A DNA stretch of 64,000 bases, taken from Azolla caroliniana (Eukaryota; Plantae; Polypodiophyta). Below are positions 12,058 through 27,571 of this stretch, piece after piece. Made by a program: the position numbers and the translations under genes. Every line of letters starts with the position of its first letter. Within the stretch, counting starts at the first letter, position 1. Location of the stretch: NCBI GenBank assembly GCA_043228905.1, contig JBHGNT010000010.1, positions 14,694,001 to 14,758,000 of the forward strand, read 5' to 3'. The notes beneath the pieces are model-generated. The model searched no databases, had not been told where the DNA came from, and saw only the letters and a list, made by a program, of their open reading frames with translations.

Positions 12058-14311
12058 TTAGCAAAACCTAGAAGATTTGATAGATGCTTAAAAATCATCT
12101 CCAACTAGGCTTCTCTAAACATATGCCTAGTGATATTTGAAACTCCTCTTCCTTCCTTCCTACTAGAACGTTCTTCTTTCTATGACTTTCTTGCAAACAA
12201 CATCATCAAAGAGAACAAAGGGACAAGTTTGAGATTTACATTAGTGGTGCATGGTGTTGGATTTGGGTATTTTCACAAATGGCTACAAATTACAAATTAT
12301 TGGGACCAAATACTTTGCTAGTGGCGTCAAGTCTATAACAACCCATATTTGTTGCAAGATGATGTCTCAATCAAGGCATTTCTAACACATGACCACACTG
12401 TCCTTTCCAAATCATGATCATTTGGTAGGTCTCATTTGGTTCAACAAGTTTTATGGCATGCGTATTTTTATGTGCTTATGACCGACCGTTTGAAAGTTGC
12501 ACATAAGATGTGTGTGTTCTTGTCCATCTCCTTCCTAAATCATCCCTCTTTTAAAATGAAGCCCTTGGAAATAATAAAAAGAACCCACAAAGAAGTTTAA
12601 CATAACATCATGTAACATCCAATGGGCACTAAGAGTGTTTGGCATAGTGTAAGTGTAAATACAAGAGAACAAGAGACTATTAGTAAACTAATGCTTGCCA
12701 TCACATTCTTAAATTGGAGTTTAGGAATCCTATAAATAGGATAACTTTATTCTCATTATCCAAATTTCACCACTATTGCTATCTAACTCTAGACTACATG
12801 GAGCAAAGGTCAATTCCCTTGTCATTGGATCCCACACTCAAGGGTTATCTAGCCTTTGGAGTATGTCATGTCTGTAGCTTGTGGATCATCGAGAGTACTG
12901 TCATGTTCTTATTAGGATGTTAGCATGTTATGAGATGATATATGCACTTATGATGTCATACAAATTAAATTAATAGCTTGAATCTTGCATTAGATAAGCT
13001 GCTCTAGAACCTTTATAATGCATACCATTGCGCAGTCATTTTTCCATTCCAACAAATTACACACATATATCATGGGGCAAGTTTGAGCTCATATAAGGTC
13101 CTCATCTACATAATGCCCTAGTATGAATAATGGGAACATACTCATGTTGATCACTTTTATTTCATATGCTCCATAAGTTATCCTTCTAAACCGTTTATCG
13201 GATATCATAGCAATTTGTTATTATTCCACTGAAAAAATCAATACATGCATATCCCTTTGCGTGTTTTCCTTTGGCTTCTAAAGAATTGGATAATACTAAG
13301 TGTAGACAATACGTAAGGTCCAATTATTGAAATTTGAGCCTCGCGTCCCTTTTCTAATTTAATGCCATTGTAAAATGAGTAACTTATTTCAACTCAATGG
13401 TATATGCTTATATGCAATATCACAACCTATTTGATGCTTTTCACCATGGTTTGTCTTCTCATAGCCACATGCAAGTTTACAATAACATTGCTTATTGCTT
13501 ACTCGAAGTAGTAGGACATGTCATTCTGATCTCATTCCCCTAGTTTGAATCAAAATCTCATTGTTTTCATCATCAAAATAGGTGAAGATATGTACATATC
13601 CTCAAAATGGTTTAAATAAGACTCACATATTCATAATTATTTGCTTCCTTCTCCATTTCCTTTTGTCACATGACGTTATGTGCTACACTTTGTGTATGGT
13701 TATGAAGACACAACATCCATACATCATCTACCAAAATGTACACATTCTCAATTTATATGAATTCATGCTACAACGATATGTGCACATATTCATGTGAGTG
13801 TATGCTTTCAACTATAAAACATAGTTGCTAAAGTGGGAAACTTGTAAAAATCTTATTCAAGATTCACATTTTTGCACAATGTTGACACTTTTTTTCATGA
13901 GATTTTGCATAGTTTGTAGATGCCACTTGTGTGTATTACTACTTCTATGCTTTGGTACTTCAATGTTTGATGAGTGTGGGCATATGACATCTCGTACACA
14001 TTGATGCTATGTTCTAATCAAAATTAAAGGACGAAAGAGAATAGGTGAACACATTCGTCTTGTATGATAGTTGAGGCTCATTGCAACAATTTTACACAAA
14101 CCTATATGCTTGATGTCTCACTCATTCAAATGTTAAAAACTATTTGTACATGAATCGGTATTATATGGAGAGAAATGTGGTATGTTTTCTTTTTTAGCGA
14201 GCCAAATAAAAAAAAGTGAAATCATTGAGCATTGAAGCCTCAAGCAAGTGCTGAGTGTAAAGTTTAAACTATTCTTCCCGAGAAAAAATGGTTCTTGTCA
14301 AGTTCGTATCC

Positions 14312-14347
<36 letters not shown>

Positions 14348-15710
14348 TTATTTATTTGCTCATAAGAACTCCTAGGAAAAGTTTCAAGGGATTTTTCTCT
14401 TGTTTCAAAAAGCCAAAAAGAGATTACTCATATAAGAACTAGAGTCTTACACATTATTCTCACGTTTGAATCTCTCGCGGTCAAACTACAAATCCTGACA
14501 TAAATAGGGCGCACGAAATGCAACTACTATATCATATATAATGTCACGGGTTGATACGTTTGGGTTGCATTGGATCTTCTAAAGGGCGGTTACTATGAAC
14601 ACATCAAGGGGCAATGGGCCTATATGTGAAAACCATGTGGCTCAAAACATGTTAAGGGGCTGAATAGAAGTTCTCCCTTCATTCATAGAGTTACAAACCC
14701 ATTGGCTGAAAAGGAATAAGGGAAATCATTTTGAAAATAGAAACAAAAGACATATTGTTGTGGTATTTGTGCGATACGATTCTTCTTAAAGACGCCAACA
14801 TGTGACCAAATGGTAAAGTTTTCCCTCCCGTCTTTGTAATTTTTGCTAAAAAGTTAAAGCACATTGGGTCCCGCCCCCCTTTCCTTCCAAGTCTCCCATC
14901 TAATGTGTTGGAACATGCGTGGGATGGAATTCACATATAGATTCATGAAACAACACCTAGCAATAGTGATGTGCATCATCATTATGTAGCACCGAATCAT
15001 GATAGTTGGCGATCACCTGTTAATAGGATGACGCACATGATTGGGATGCCACAAACAATGTTGCTGGCATTTTACAAAGGGATGATGTCATAGGACGATA
15101 TGAAAAATGTGTCACTGTCAGGGACATATTGTAGGACTCATTGCACAAGGCCATTAAGTTAACTTTGACTGATCATGCATGTAATGTTGGATCTATGTTA
15201 GCCTTACCCTCACTGTTAAACTTTGAAAATATATCAAATGTTCCTTCATTGAGAAAGCCTTGTTTTTGGAAGCAGGACTCGTTTTTTTTCCGAGACCACG
15301 TCTTTCTTATCTATTCTTTCATGGTATTACATCGTCAAAAGTTCACCACATCTTCACTCTTAATTTCAAGCTTCAAAGAACTATGTACTATCAAAATTTA
15401 AAGAGTCACGACAACTTCAAGGCTGAAATTTCAACTCCCTAAACTTTAAACGCGTCCTATAATGGTTTGGATTAAGTTTGTGGTTAAGTTTTTTATGACA
15501 ACATGTAGATAAAGCCCTCCCTCTCGATCTTTCACACTCATCAATAGCTGCCAAAATAACCCTAATAATCAATTCCCAAGTAAGAAAAAAACACACTTGA
15601 GACTAAGCATGAGTAGCTAAATTTTCTTTCCATGCATGCTACTTGAACACCGCTTGCCGCTTGGTCACTACTTGGGTTCACTACTTGGGTTCAGGTAGGG
15701 GTGAGGTATT

Positions 15711-16640
15711 ATGGATGGAAAGAAAATAGCTAAACATAGTCTCTCAAATGTGCTTTTTTCATACTTTGAAGCCATTGTTGAAACCATTTCCATTGTAAGT
15801 TCTTGATCATTATCCTTCATCCAATATCTTTGGTTTAATTTGAATAATCTTCCAACTCCTCATCAACTCTCCTCTTAATGTTTTTTTATTTCTACTTACC
15901 TTTGGAGACTAATGTTTTTTTTCTTCTCAACCCATTGTATGCAACCAATTTTCTATGACTCGTTTTCTAGCACTTGAATGTTTCAACTGTGGTACTATTA
16001 TCTTATTGGCCATGACACTCAATTATCACTTACACTATTTGGTTCTTGGTCTTCACAGTAGCAAATTGGTCCCACGCACATTTTGAGCATAACATAACAC
16101 ATCAAATTGTTATCACCGCTTTGCATTGAATTTGAGTATTGCACTACTCATCAAATTTTTATCACTCCTTGGATTCATGTAGGGTTGACATATAATGGAT
16201 GGAAGGAAAATAATGACAGTCTCTCAAGTGTCCTTTTCTCATACTTTGAAGCAATTGTTGGGAACCAATTCCATTTCAAGTTCTTGATCATTTCCCTTCA
16301 TCCAATATCTTTGGTTTAACTTGAATAATCTTGCAACCCCTCATCAACTCTCCTCTTAGGTTTATTGATTTCCACTTACCTTTGGAAATTGGAGACTAAT
16401 ATATATTTTCTCTCAATCCGTTGGAGGCAACCAATCTTCTACGACTCATTTTCTAGCGCTTGAATGCTTCAACTGTGGTACTATTATCTTATTGGCCATG
16501 GCACTCAATTGTCACGTATACTATTTGGTTCTTGGTCTTCACAATAGCAAATTGGTCCCACATGCACTTTGATCCCTACTCAACACATCAAATTGTTATC
16601 ACTCCTTTGCATTGAATTTGAATGTTACACAACTCATCAA
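15711..16640. repeat. Diverged direct duplication (about 450-bp unit, about 484-bp period), probably TE-derived
   Basis: ATGGATGGAA.GAAAATA...CATACTTTGAAGC...AGCAAATTGGTCCCAC...CATCAAATTGTTATCAC at about 15711-16160 and 16195-16640. Confidence 0.8.
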
Positions 16641-18309
16641 ATTGTTACAAGATCTCATAAGAACTCTGAGTATTACAAAAGTAAAGTCCACATGCATGGG
16701 GCTCACAAATTCCATTAATGCTCATTTTAGCATTGTGCCATTGACAAATCACTTGGTAAGAACATTCATAAGATTCACTCTCCATGACACGAACAATGTC
16801 AAACATCATCAAAGCATATAGAAAACTTCCCATGTGCATTTTTAAGAGGTTAGGCATTAGCTATTGCATAACTGTATTTCTATGTTTAGAAACATCAATA
16901 CCACATGTGATATTTGTCCTACACTTTCTAAGTCCAAAAAACATCACTTTGCATCCTTGGTCAAAAGCACATATGCCCCACAAGCTTATCTTAAATATTT
17001 TGAAAAATTGTTCATTCACCAAATCAAACAATTCATTATTATTGGTGAGATACGCCATAACATAACTTGCATAGTTCGGTTATGGGTTAATTAGGAGTGA
17101 ACCACGCTAGCACTCAATCAAAATATTCCCCATTTACATAAGGAGGGTAGGAGGATAGTGTGTCACTAACATTTTTAATTCTCCTAATGAAGAAAGTTGC
17201 AATTAGAATTATTGTAGATGTTGTAGAAATGCTTTAGCCATAATATTGCCTCATTAATCACAATGTTGAGTATTGTAACGGTATTTACTATTGATCACAA
17301 TATTAAGTATTCTAACTGGCACTCATCACAACATTGTGTTCCATATATGTAGCACAAATTAATTATCTTTACGAGTATCATGTCTCTCCTAATGAATTTG
17401 TTGTTTCTGTGAAAATGATTAAAATATGATTTTGCACATGTAGTTGAAGATCAGATATTTTTTAGAATAATGAAGGGTATATCCACATTTTGACCACTTG
17501 AGAAAGGGTCAATATTTCTAGAAAGACAAAGTGTAGTAGTGCCCACAATACGAAGGCATAGCTGGATACTACGAAAACATTTTACAATCTGTACTTGCCA
17601 TTTATAAGTACCTTTTACTTTTCATTGAATTTGGCTTTTTAAAATTCTCATAGTGTACAACGGTCATATGTCAAGAAGCGCTAATAAGTGCTATACTCAA
17701 TTTATTAACCCTCAAGAGTCCTTGAAGCTAGCCTCTCTTGTATATTCCCATAACTTGTACATCTTACTTGAATCACTAGTTCATTACACGCCCTTTAGTG
17801 CCTTTTTCTTTAAGGCAAGTCTAAAGTTCTTCAATATGTTTCTCTCTTAAGGCACGAATAAAATTGATAAGTATACAAGTAGTCGAATGAGAGCTCCCCA
17901 CACAAACTTTAGAATGTACGAGCACTTGAACTTGAGACCATGTTGATGCTCTCGCACACTTTAGAGCTTTCATTTACATTGAGTAGATTCCTTGAGTACT
18001 CCTAACGAGGTGGGAAAAAACTTATCACAAATGAAAATCAACTAATAAAGGGCAAACAAATGTTCTTTCGTGGGGATCTCAAACAAAAAAATACATGAGG
18101 AAGTCATCTTGTGGAAGATTGTGTAGTCTGGTCAATCATACAAGGAATTTTGAAATAGCTACTTATCAACGTAATAATTACAAAGCTTATTCATCCAAAA
18201 AATGAAATTGTTTGGACTGAGAAATAGCTCGACAAATAACGCCTAATAACACTTCCAAAACCAAATCATTGCAAATCAATTTTTTGAAGATTGTCACCAT
18301 GTTATCTAA

Positions 18310-18565
18310 AATGCATTTTAGTAGCTTGGCACACTATAGCAAATTTCTAATAGAATCTTCATCAATACTTTAGCAAGAACATAGTATATTTCTATTAGAA
18401 TTTAAGTATCATGCGATATCTTTGCAAATTGCTTGGCATACATTTGACATATTTTAGTAGCTTGGCACAACATAGCAAATTTCAAATAGAATCAATCTTT
18501 GCCAATACTTTTTTGGGAACGTAGTATATTTCTACTAGAATTTAAGCCAATCATGCAATATCTTT
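18310..18565. repeat. Tandem duplication, about 136-bp x2
   Basis: ATTTTAGTAGCTTGGCACA...GAATTTAAG...TCTTTGCAAAT.GCTTGGCATACATT occurs twice. Confidence 0.8.
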
Positions 18566-20120
18566 GCAAATGGCTTGGCATACATTGTCCCTCTTCACAG
18601 TTGACACATTTTGATGCCTCTAGTCAGCCCCACTTCAATAAGCTAATTTCAATACCCTTTGATAATTTTCAGCAGTCTACATAGAAATTGCTAACATGCA
18701 ACATCAATTTATTAATTGCAAATCTTGTGGCTATAACTAAATGATGGACTACTAGATATTGAGGTTACACATAAAAAGTAATTTGTTTTCCCAATGGCAA
18801 TAGATATTTCATGATAGGGTAAACAAGATGAGTGATTAAGTCAAGGGTTTTAAATGGATTTGTGTTGAGCAATTATACAAGAATTTCTTCCAAGTTGCAT
18901 GACCATGTAAGAGCATTTACATACACATGTTGTAATCATTACTCACAATAGATAGAATTTACTACATCAACAAAATAGAGAGTGGAGGTTTGTTTTTTTT
19001 ATGAGGTGGATGTGAGAGGTACATGTGATGTGTCAAGGCAGTTGTGCTTACAAGGGTCCATGTACAAAGTGATATGTATATAATGAAATGATGCCAGTGA
19101 ACCCCATGCATTGGGTGTTTGAATATGATAACATGTATAGGTCTATGCCAATGCTTCATAGTTCTTTGACATGTCTACCAAAGCAGCCAACCTTTAGTTT
19201 ATCTTTTTTGATCTTTCAAATTTCATAACTAGCAGCCAAATCAGGTACTCAATTTGAAGCATATTTCGAAACTTAACTACTTTCTTTTTCGAATTCAACC
19301 AAGCTCCATTTCGAATTTTATCTCAAAGAGACTTATGTGACTCCTTGAGAATATTGATGAACAGGCCTTACTAACCAAATGCTTGAGCCTATGCCAAGAA
19401 TATGCACTAACATTAATTAATATAATGAGCATAGACTATTTATCATATTATTTAAAATGTACATACATATATATGTCCACAATATGGTTGGTTGTGAAGA
19501 AGATAACAAACCTTAGTGATTCTAAAACCTAAACACATTGAAATGATTCCTTAAGCCCCCCTCCCCCTCGAAATTGTGACTGACTTTCTTTTTATTCACT
19601 TTATATGTGAACACATTAAAAGCACATACTACTGCATTAAATGGCAAAAGTCTTTCTTTTTCTTTGTTGCAATCCATAAAAACTCAAACACACCCTACAT
19701 ATCTCCAAAAAATGTGCTCTGAGTTCCCCGTGACAAATTGAAATACATTACACTTAAATCAATGGTATTCACAAGATACTTTATCCCTTTGAATTCATTC
19801 CACTTTCATGCAATTAGATTTAAGTGTAGAAAAAACATCTTGAATAGAATATGCATTTGAGATGAGATAAATTTAAACTGCAATACAAACTTCATTTCAA
19901 GTATCCACAACCATCGATATTCAACACTATAATGGATGTATTGTGAATACTGGCTATTAGTTCTGTTAGTAACACACACTACTTATTTTCTATTACGTTG
20001 TGGTAGTTATTATTCCATGGTACAACATGTATATCAGTATAACAGTGTCAATGACAATTCTATAGTACCAAGTGTATATCAATGTAAATGTGGAGCAAAC
20101 AACCACAGGTTTGAGATGAT

Positions 20121-23100
20121 TTACCGTTTTGTTTTAAAACTCTGAAATAAAGAAGACAATCTATCATAATCTGGGAGTTCTGAATGAGCATGAGTACTTG
20201 AAAACCCAACTTCTGGATCTATATCTCTATCAAAGAGGTTACTTCTATAACTATCAGTGTCAAGGTTGCCTTCTTGTTCATGTTCATGTTTCCTTTTAGA
20301 ATAATTACTATCACCATTCAATGGGTTATTTTCGTTGAAGATTTTATGAACGTTTATACTTCCTTTCTCTTTAGCATTCTCATCAAACAGCGGATCTTCA
20401 TTCTTTATATGGTGCTCATTGTCTGTAGTATACATCACCGATTCATATGTCTTGTCTCTCGATAATGGAGCATAGTCATCTTCATCAAAATCATATTGGA
20501 ATTCCTTACTTTGATCAAAATGTTTATTGGCAAGAAGAGCTGCAGCTCGGGCAGCATTTGCTGCTCTCTCAGCCAATTTAACTGCTGCTTCAGCAGCAGC
20601 AACAATATCATATAAAGAATCTTTTGTATGAATTTTTGTTTCAATTTTATCATCATCATTAACATTCTTACCATCATCATCATCATTGTCATTACCATCA
20701 TCATTATGAAAAATATGCGGTTGAATATGATGGCTATCTTCTCGTAGTTCTGGATCAACTCTTCCTAAAGATTCATTCACATAATTTGTCTTTAACAATT
20801 GGTTCACAAACGGCAAAACCAAGGGAATGCTTTGTTTTTCATCCTGCAAAATGCCAGACAATCTATAAATATATTTTCAAAAGCTTTGAGACAGGTACAG
20901 TGAATTAAAATATTATTATTATTATTTTGGAAGGAACTGGGAGTGCTTAATGATATCTCTTTAGGATTTTGTGATGATGTAACCTTAGGTTCTCCTCTTT
21001 TTGTTTGCTGATACTGTTGTTTCTCTTCATAACGTGACTGTAATGACATCTGCGTTGCACCCATAAATATGTTTGATCCCTCCTGAAAATAAAATTAACA
21101 TGGGTGTACCCATAGTATATATAAGCTAGCATGTTATGAAGACAAAAGTTACAAGAAAGCTATTGCATTATGATGAGAAGAGATGATAATACTTACAAGA
21201 AGATCTTCAGGAGCCTTAAGAAGCTCTGATTCTGAAGTTGTAGGGTCCCAGTCTACACTTAACTCTGATGCTATATCCTTCATGAGTTTCAACTTTACTT
21301 CTCCAGAAGGTGGCCTAATAGACAACTTTTCAATCACCTGTCATAACAGACCAGGATTTTCAGATGCTCATATTGGTTGTGAATCAGAAATCATTAAGAA
21401 GTTTGTGTCGCGTAAATCTTTCTAAGAACAATATTTTGGGTGTGAATGCAGATATGAAAGATGAACCAAGATACCCGCATAACTAAAGAAAAAGTCACCT
21501 TCTCCAAACCATAGTGAAGAGAGAATACACATGTGTTCATTCGGATGAAAGCATCTCAATGCATGAACAATCACATATATATGTACATAAATCCACACAA
21601 AAAGAATACATTTAGATCGAAAGTAAATTTCAAATCCATCCTATAAAAATCATAAGTAACAATAATATGTACATGTGAGAAAAGAACAAAAGATGACACT
21701 GGCCTCCATTACTCAAGAATTTCTAAATACTATATATATAAATTATGTACAGGAATTTATATACTAAGCAGAAGATTTAATTTAAACAATCACATAAAGG
21801 AATTTACGCACCGATAAAGTAGAATACGGAAAGTTCAAATAGATAAAGTTACCAGCCTGTTTACACCACAATCAGGACGCAGTTCAGCTGCTGAAGCTAC
21901 AAACTCTTTTCCATACTTAGAACCCAAAAGGTTCCCAATTTGAAGTAACTCTGGGAGATCAGCACACCTTGGGGCAGCAAAAATTATACTAGCTACTGCT
22001 TCTTTCAGATCGATTGGACATTGCCTAGACACAAAAGAAAGCAAGAAAGATATATCAACGTCCACTAGCGGCCAAAATCATCCGTGAAACAAATCATGAT
22101 TACAAATTGACATCAGACCTTCACACTAATGCATACTTCTAAAAATAAAAGATTTGGGTTTCCTAAAGCTCATAGTGCATGAGGTGGGTTTATAAGATCA
22201 TTGATGTTGTACTCGCAACTATTTCTAGATCTACTTTGACGTTGACTAGAAAGAAAGATATATTTGCATCTACTAGAGGCTAGAATCATCCTATGAGACA
22301 GATTATGATTACAAGTATGAGTAAGTTCTGGTTTGAATCCATACTGAAAAAAAACTAAAAGCTTTGGGGTTTCTTGATCTTAATGCATGAGATGGGTTTA
22401 TAAGATCATTTATCTGATACGGACTACTAGTTTCAAACCTGTTGGGCATTGCCTAGTTATACTCTACTAGATGCAGAAATCTGCCTAAGAGACAAATCAG
22501 GTTTACAAAAGTGACTAACTTCAGGTTAATCCATACTGAAAAAATAAAAGATTTGGGTTTTCCAACAGAATCAAGATGAATGATAATGTTCTTAGTACAT
22601 GAACTGGATTTACAATTGGTAATGATTCTTCAGATAGTTTTAAAAAGCATATATGCATAACTACTGTGTAGGAGACTAATAATTAGACAACGGTGTTGTT
22701 TATATGAACCCGAACCTTTGTGCCTCAATGATTGGAAGTCGCACAGCAATAAGTTCACAAAATAGCTCAATTATCTCATAAGCTGCCATAATATTCTGCT
22801 CACGATATATATGTTCCACCTGTTCCAGCAGTTTAGACATTCTAAGTATATTCTTAAATTTGATTGAAAGGTGTTAAATATTAGGAATAACTCTGTGGCA
22901 ATTTGGAGTCAATTGGGAAAATAAATAAATAAACTCTGGTGTTTTTGAGTTTTCCCTTAAATATGACCTCCAAAGTGTCTACTTACCCTAATGCAAGCAC
23001 TAGGCTCTTGATCACTTTGAAGCAACTTTACCAATTCTCTCTTCATCTGTTTCAGTTGAATGTCTCTCTTGTTCCTCAGCAGCTTAATGCGCGATATTGC

Positions 23101-24549
23101 AAGGCGTAGCAAGGTTTTACTGTAAAAAAAGTTATTTCGGCGGAAGCATAAGAAGACATAACAAAACACCATAAACATTGGTCATATAATGTTGCAACGC
23201 ATAACAAATTTTTGCCTGAAATATATATTTCTTCTGATGATGAACAGACTGGAAGAGAAAAGTACCAAAAGCTCCATGAAAGGCAACTTGTAATATCCTT
23301 CACTTTTGTTTAAATTTCATGAATGTATGTCCGGAACATATGAATATCAATCTATTTTCAATTTCTATTTGGTAGTAACTTTGGTCTTATAAACTGCACT
23401 AGCCTTTTATAGACACTGAGACAATAAATTTTCATGCAATGCAGACACTTGCGGTTTAGATATTTCCCCCAAGTGAATTTTGTTATTGTTAACATTCTCT
23501 CACTTTTTATTTTCATTTGTCCATTTATCCACGTAGTGAATAATTATCAAATATTCTTCTGTCATGCATGCCTTTGAAGAAGTTTTTCAAACATAAAATA
23601 GGCCTGGGAAAATCTTTGTAGAAGTAAAATTTTCTATTTTGTCATCTCTAAAAGTCCTTTTGTCCATCTAGTTTTAATGATCGGAGGTAGAGTATCCTAT
23701 CCCTCTTCAAGTTTTAGAGGTAACTTGATTTTTTCTAACCTAATTCTCAAGTCGTGATGAAACATATAAATCTCCAGATTTTAAAAGCTTTATCACAAAT
23801 GTAAATTTCAAGCTTCTATAATTTATTGCTTTGCTCAGTCTAATTCCTTTTTTCTTGTCCTTTTCCATGTCCAACCTTCTAAGTTATTTCATTTACTGAC
23901 TTCTATATCTTTCCCTCTCTCATTTGTTACTCTTAATCTCTTATCCATCTAGTGGTAAGAATTTTATGCTGTCAACACAAGGTTGTGGGTTCAAAATGCC
24001 ATATCAGTTAACACAAGCATCTCAACTATGACCCCAATTCTCTCTCTCTCATAACGCGAGAATGTGAAGCTTTTACTCATCTAAAAGGAATGTATTGATA
24101 ACTTTCATCTTGTTAAGTCGTTAGAGAATCTCCAAACATATCTATTGCAAGTTCATGTTCTACATTAGGGTTGCAACGGCGAACTTTCACTTCCTAGATC
24201 TAAAATCACAGACTAAAATGGTGAAGGGAGAGGATTCGTATTCACAAATTCGAAATTCACTGGTTCCAAGAAGAAGATATCAACATCAGTTGACTAGTTG
24301 ATCTTCTAGGAGAATCAAATAGAAAACCACACAACCAAGAATTGAAGCAAAAAAAAGAAACAAGGAGATTAAAACAAATCTATTCAAACGATCATATAAA
24401 TAAAGGGAGAAAGATCATCATCAAGTGAGTATTTGATCGTCTGATGGAAATCAAATGCAAAAGCAGCCATAAGCAAGGGAGGGGGAGAACAAAAAGAAGT
24501 CCTACCATTTTGGAGAGTTGAAAGGGGTGCCGAAGAAGGATTCGAACAT
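20121..24549 (-). CDS. IST1: IST1-like protein (regulator of Vps4 activity in the MVB pathway, ESCRT-III associated), 7 exons, about 471 aa
   Basis: Exons 24549-24506, 23119-22987, 22819-22716, 22024-21853, 21337-21197, 21082-20984 and 20843-20121, all GT-AG and phase-consistent (1416 nt). Translation: MFESFFGTPFNSPKCKTLLRLAISRIKLLRNKR...IRVEHIYREQNIMAAYEIIELFCELIAVRL...CPIDLKEAVASIIFAAPRCADLPEL...KYGKEF...VIEKLSIRPP, ending in the MIM-like LPDYDRLSSLFQSFK. The exon 6 donor is the least certain junction. Confidence 0.92.
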
Positions 24550-25265
24550 GGCTAAGCTTCTTACTCCGTCGTTTTCTTCTTCTTCTTCTGATTCGTCGTC
24601 GTCGTCGTCGTCTTCACAAGGATTTGCAAAATTGCAGGAATTGCCCCCAACCCCACCTCCCCCAAATTTTCTAGAATTCCCCAAAATACCCCTCTCCTAA
24701 TTTCTTTGAGATCATCATGAGATTCATCATCATCAATGCCTGGAATAATGGAAGTAAAACACCTACTTCTCATTCGAGTAATACACACGCTTAGAGGGCT
24801 CAGGTAAAATAAAAACACATCCTTTACATCGATTTGCCTACAAGAAGAATCGCATGGGAAACTGCTTAGAAGATGAAGAATCGCGTTGGATTGCATTGCA
24901 AATAATTAACTTATATGGAAAAAAATGAAAGCATGCCATGGTTTGGAAGATTGTGAACACGCTTGACTTGCTTCGTGCAAACAGATACATCCATTAGATT
25001 CCTCTACAAACAAGGCCTCTTCCCACAACCCCATTGTATCGATTGGCTCACATTTCTTACACATTATTGTTATGCCCCTATTTCATGGGGGTCCTTAAAA
25101 CCACAAGAAAACACGATTGGGACATAAGTTGGGACGCACAACACACTCATATATCATATAAACAAGATAAATCTTACAACAATCCCAAATTTGGGACAAA
25201 CCATAAGCCAAAACTCAGAGTTGGGACAACTCCCAAACAACACACACGCACACACACACACACAC

Positions 25266-25301
<36 letters not shown>

Positions 25302-25633
25302 AAAATGAAAAATACCAAGTTGTTGATTCACTAGATATAGTTTATGATAAGATTATTAAACTGCAAAAATAACGGTCATATTAACATGTCTTTGAGCATA
25401 GGGAATTAATCCCATATCTTCATAGAGTTTTAAGAAATGACCCTTGTTTTAATTAGGGACTAATCATACCAATAGCACTCAATCTTATCGGACCAATTAA
25501 TCACATTTGATTCATACTCCAATTAATCCCATCTAATTCAGAAAATAAACATATCCTACTATCTAATTAATCCCATCTAATTCAGAAAATAAACATATCC
25601 TACTATCCAATTAATCACATCAAGATTCAAAAT

Positions 25634-27269
25634 ATGACTGCGATGAATCCACATGACCCTGATTTGATCACCTCATTATATGATGACGAGGATAGTTATG
25701 GGCCATCATACTCTGCAACTTTTGATGAAGAGTTGGTGTCGTCTTCATTAGAACGGGAGGAGAAGGAGCTTGATCCCTTCATGTACTGTTCATCCAGGTA
25801 TTTTGCATTCACAAGAGGTACATATGATTTGATGCTTGTAGCAAGAGGTACAAAACATTAAGCACAGACGCAAGGGGTGCACCTCTCAATCTCCATGCAT
25901 GGAGGTGCATGAAGAGCCGTCTCATGCTTGGAAATGAGAGTGAGATCTACCTTAAGGAATCACCTAATCTTCAAGCTACTTACGTAGAGAATTGGTGGAA
26001 GGTAGTATTGGCGTCACATGGTGGCGCATCGCATCACCCATTGACGGGTACTCTAAAAGTCTAGTTAAAGAGACATTACATCCATGATCTTCATGACCAT
26101 GGGATCCCCAGTGTGTATGTGAAAGCATTGGTTGACCATTGTTGTTGTCAACTTGTGTCGAAGTCAACTCCTACCGACATGGGGGGGACAAGTGTCATGA
26201 AATATAAAAGTTGCAAATGGGCAAAGGTCGCAAACACATTATACGACTTTTGTTGTGTCAGTTCCACGCTAAAAAATCATGTTGTGGAGAGACATTGCCA
26301 CTTTATCAAATATACTACCTTGAGAGGAAGAAAAAAACCAACCAATTCCCAATCTTGTGCATGTTTTAATTGCAGACAATGAAACTAGCACTTGAATGGT
26401 ACAAGCAACGACAAGAAATATGTGAGAGTGGTAGATTTGCACCCCATCCAAATTGTAGGGATCAAAGGTGAAGAATTAAAGAGGCCAAGAGTATACTCGA
26501 AATGTTTGAAACTAATATTCCGACAGTACATATTGTGGATGAGGCCCGATATTGGTTTAAAATATTGAGCTTGACAACTCCTACTCTATGGTATAATGTA
26601 TCACTCTACTGCTCATATTGTGATTGCCAAGACCTTGTGAGTAAATGTAAGCACATACTCGGCATCCAGATGATTATTGAGAGGCATGTGCCACATTTAT
26701 GTGGGTCGTTGCCTTTTATAGATCACGTGGCCCATATGCGCAATGACCATTTCACAGGAATAGAAGTGGAGACAAAGGTAGAACCAATCGAGGAGACAAA
26801 CCCTATAGCCTCAGATATGGAGGAATGGGAGTCGAAATTACGAACAACCGAGGCAACTATTCAATGTCTCATGCAAGGGTTACGATCCCTCAACCGTGCA
26901 ATAGTTTTGGCATGTATGGAGTTCATTGAAGAAATGACTCAAACTATGGTGTATCGCGATGGTGCACCGAAACCAACCAATGAAGAAGAGGGTGGATCCA
27001 TAAGGTGGAAGCAAGCAATTGGTACAAAGAGAGGAGCATTAGTCGACATTTCACAAGATCTTATTGGCAACTCCCCAAATACTTCCAAAACGCACACAAG
27101 AAAAATGCAAAGAGGTGCAAGTCAAGTTAGGAGGCGGTTGCCAATATGTGTGACGAAGAAGATTCGATGCTTGCATTGCAATGCCTTAACCTTTAGATCA
27201 AGGGACTCGAATGCTGATTGTTGCGAGAATTGTGGCCGCATCTTGCCATCATCCCTAGATGAGCCATAA
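25634..27269 (+). pseudogene. Mutator-like (MULE) transposase remnant with SWIM zinc finger
   Basis: ORF 26502-27269 contains CDCQDLVSKCKH (SWIM CxCx(n)CxH) and a C-terminal CxxC...CxxC. Upstream ORFs are broken. TIRs were not identified and the left limit is uncertain. Confidence 0.55.
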
Positions 27270-27571
27270 ACATGGCTTTAATGGTTGTTTAGGAACTTTA
27301 GTTTAGTCAATTTTGAAAGACCAGAACATTTTGTTTTAGGACCATTGTAATTAGATTTATGAATCAAGTATGTTTTATGTTGATTTATGTTTTAAGTTGA
27401 CTTTGTTGTTTGGTCTAAATTTGTGTATTTTTTGAAGTGTTAAAATGATTTTTTGTTGTTAAGCCTAAGTTTGTAAGTATGGTGAAGCTCATTGATTTTG
27501 GAAGTTTTAATGTTTTAGTTTGTGGCAGATTGACTTGTTAGTTTAAGTTTTAATTTCAAGTTCAAAGTGAT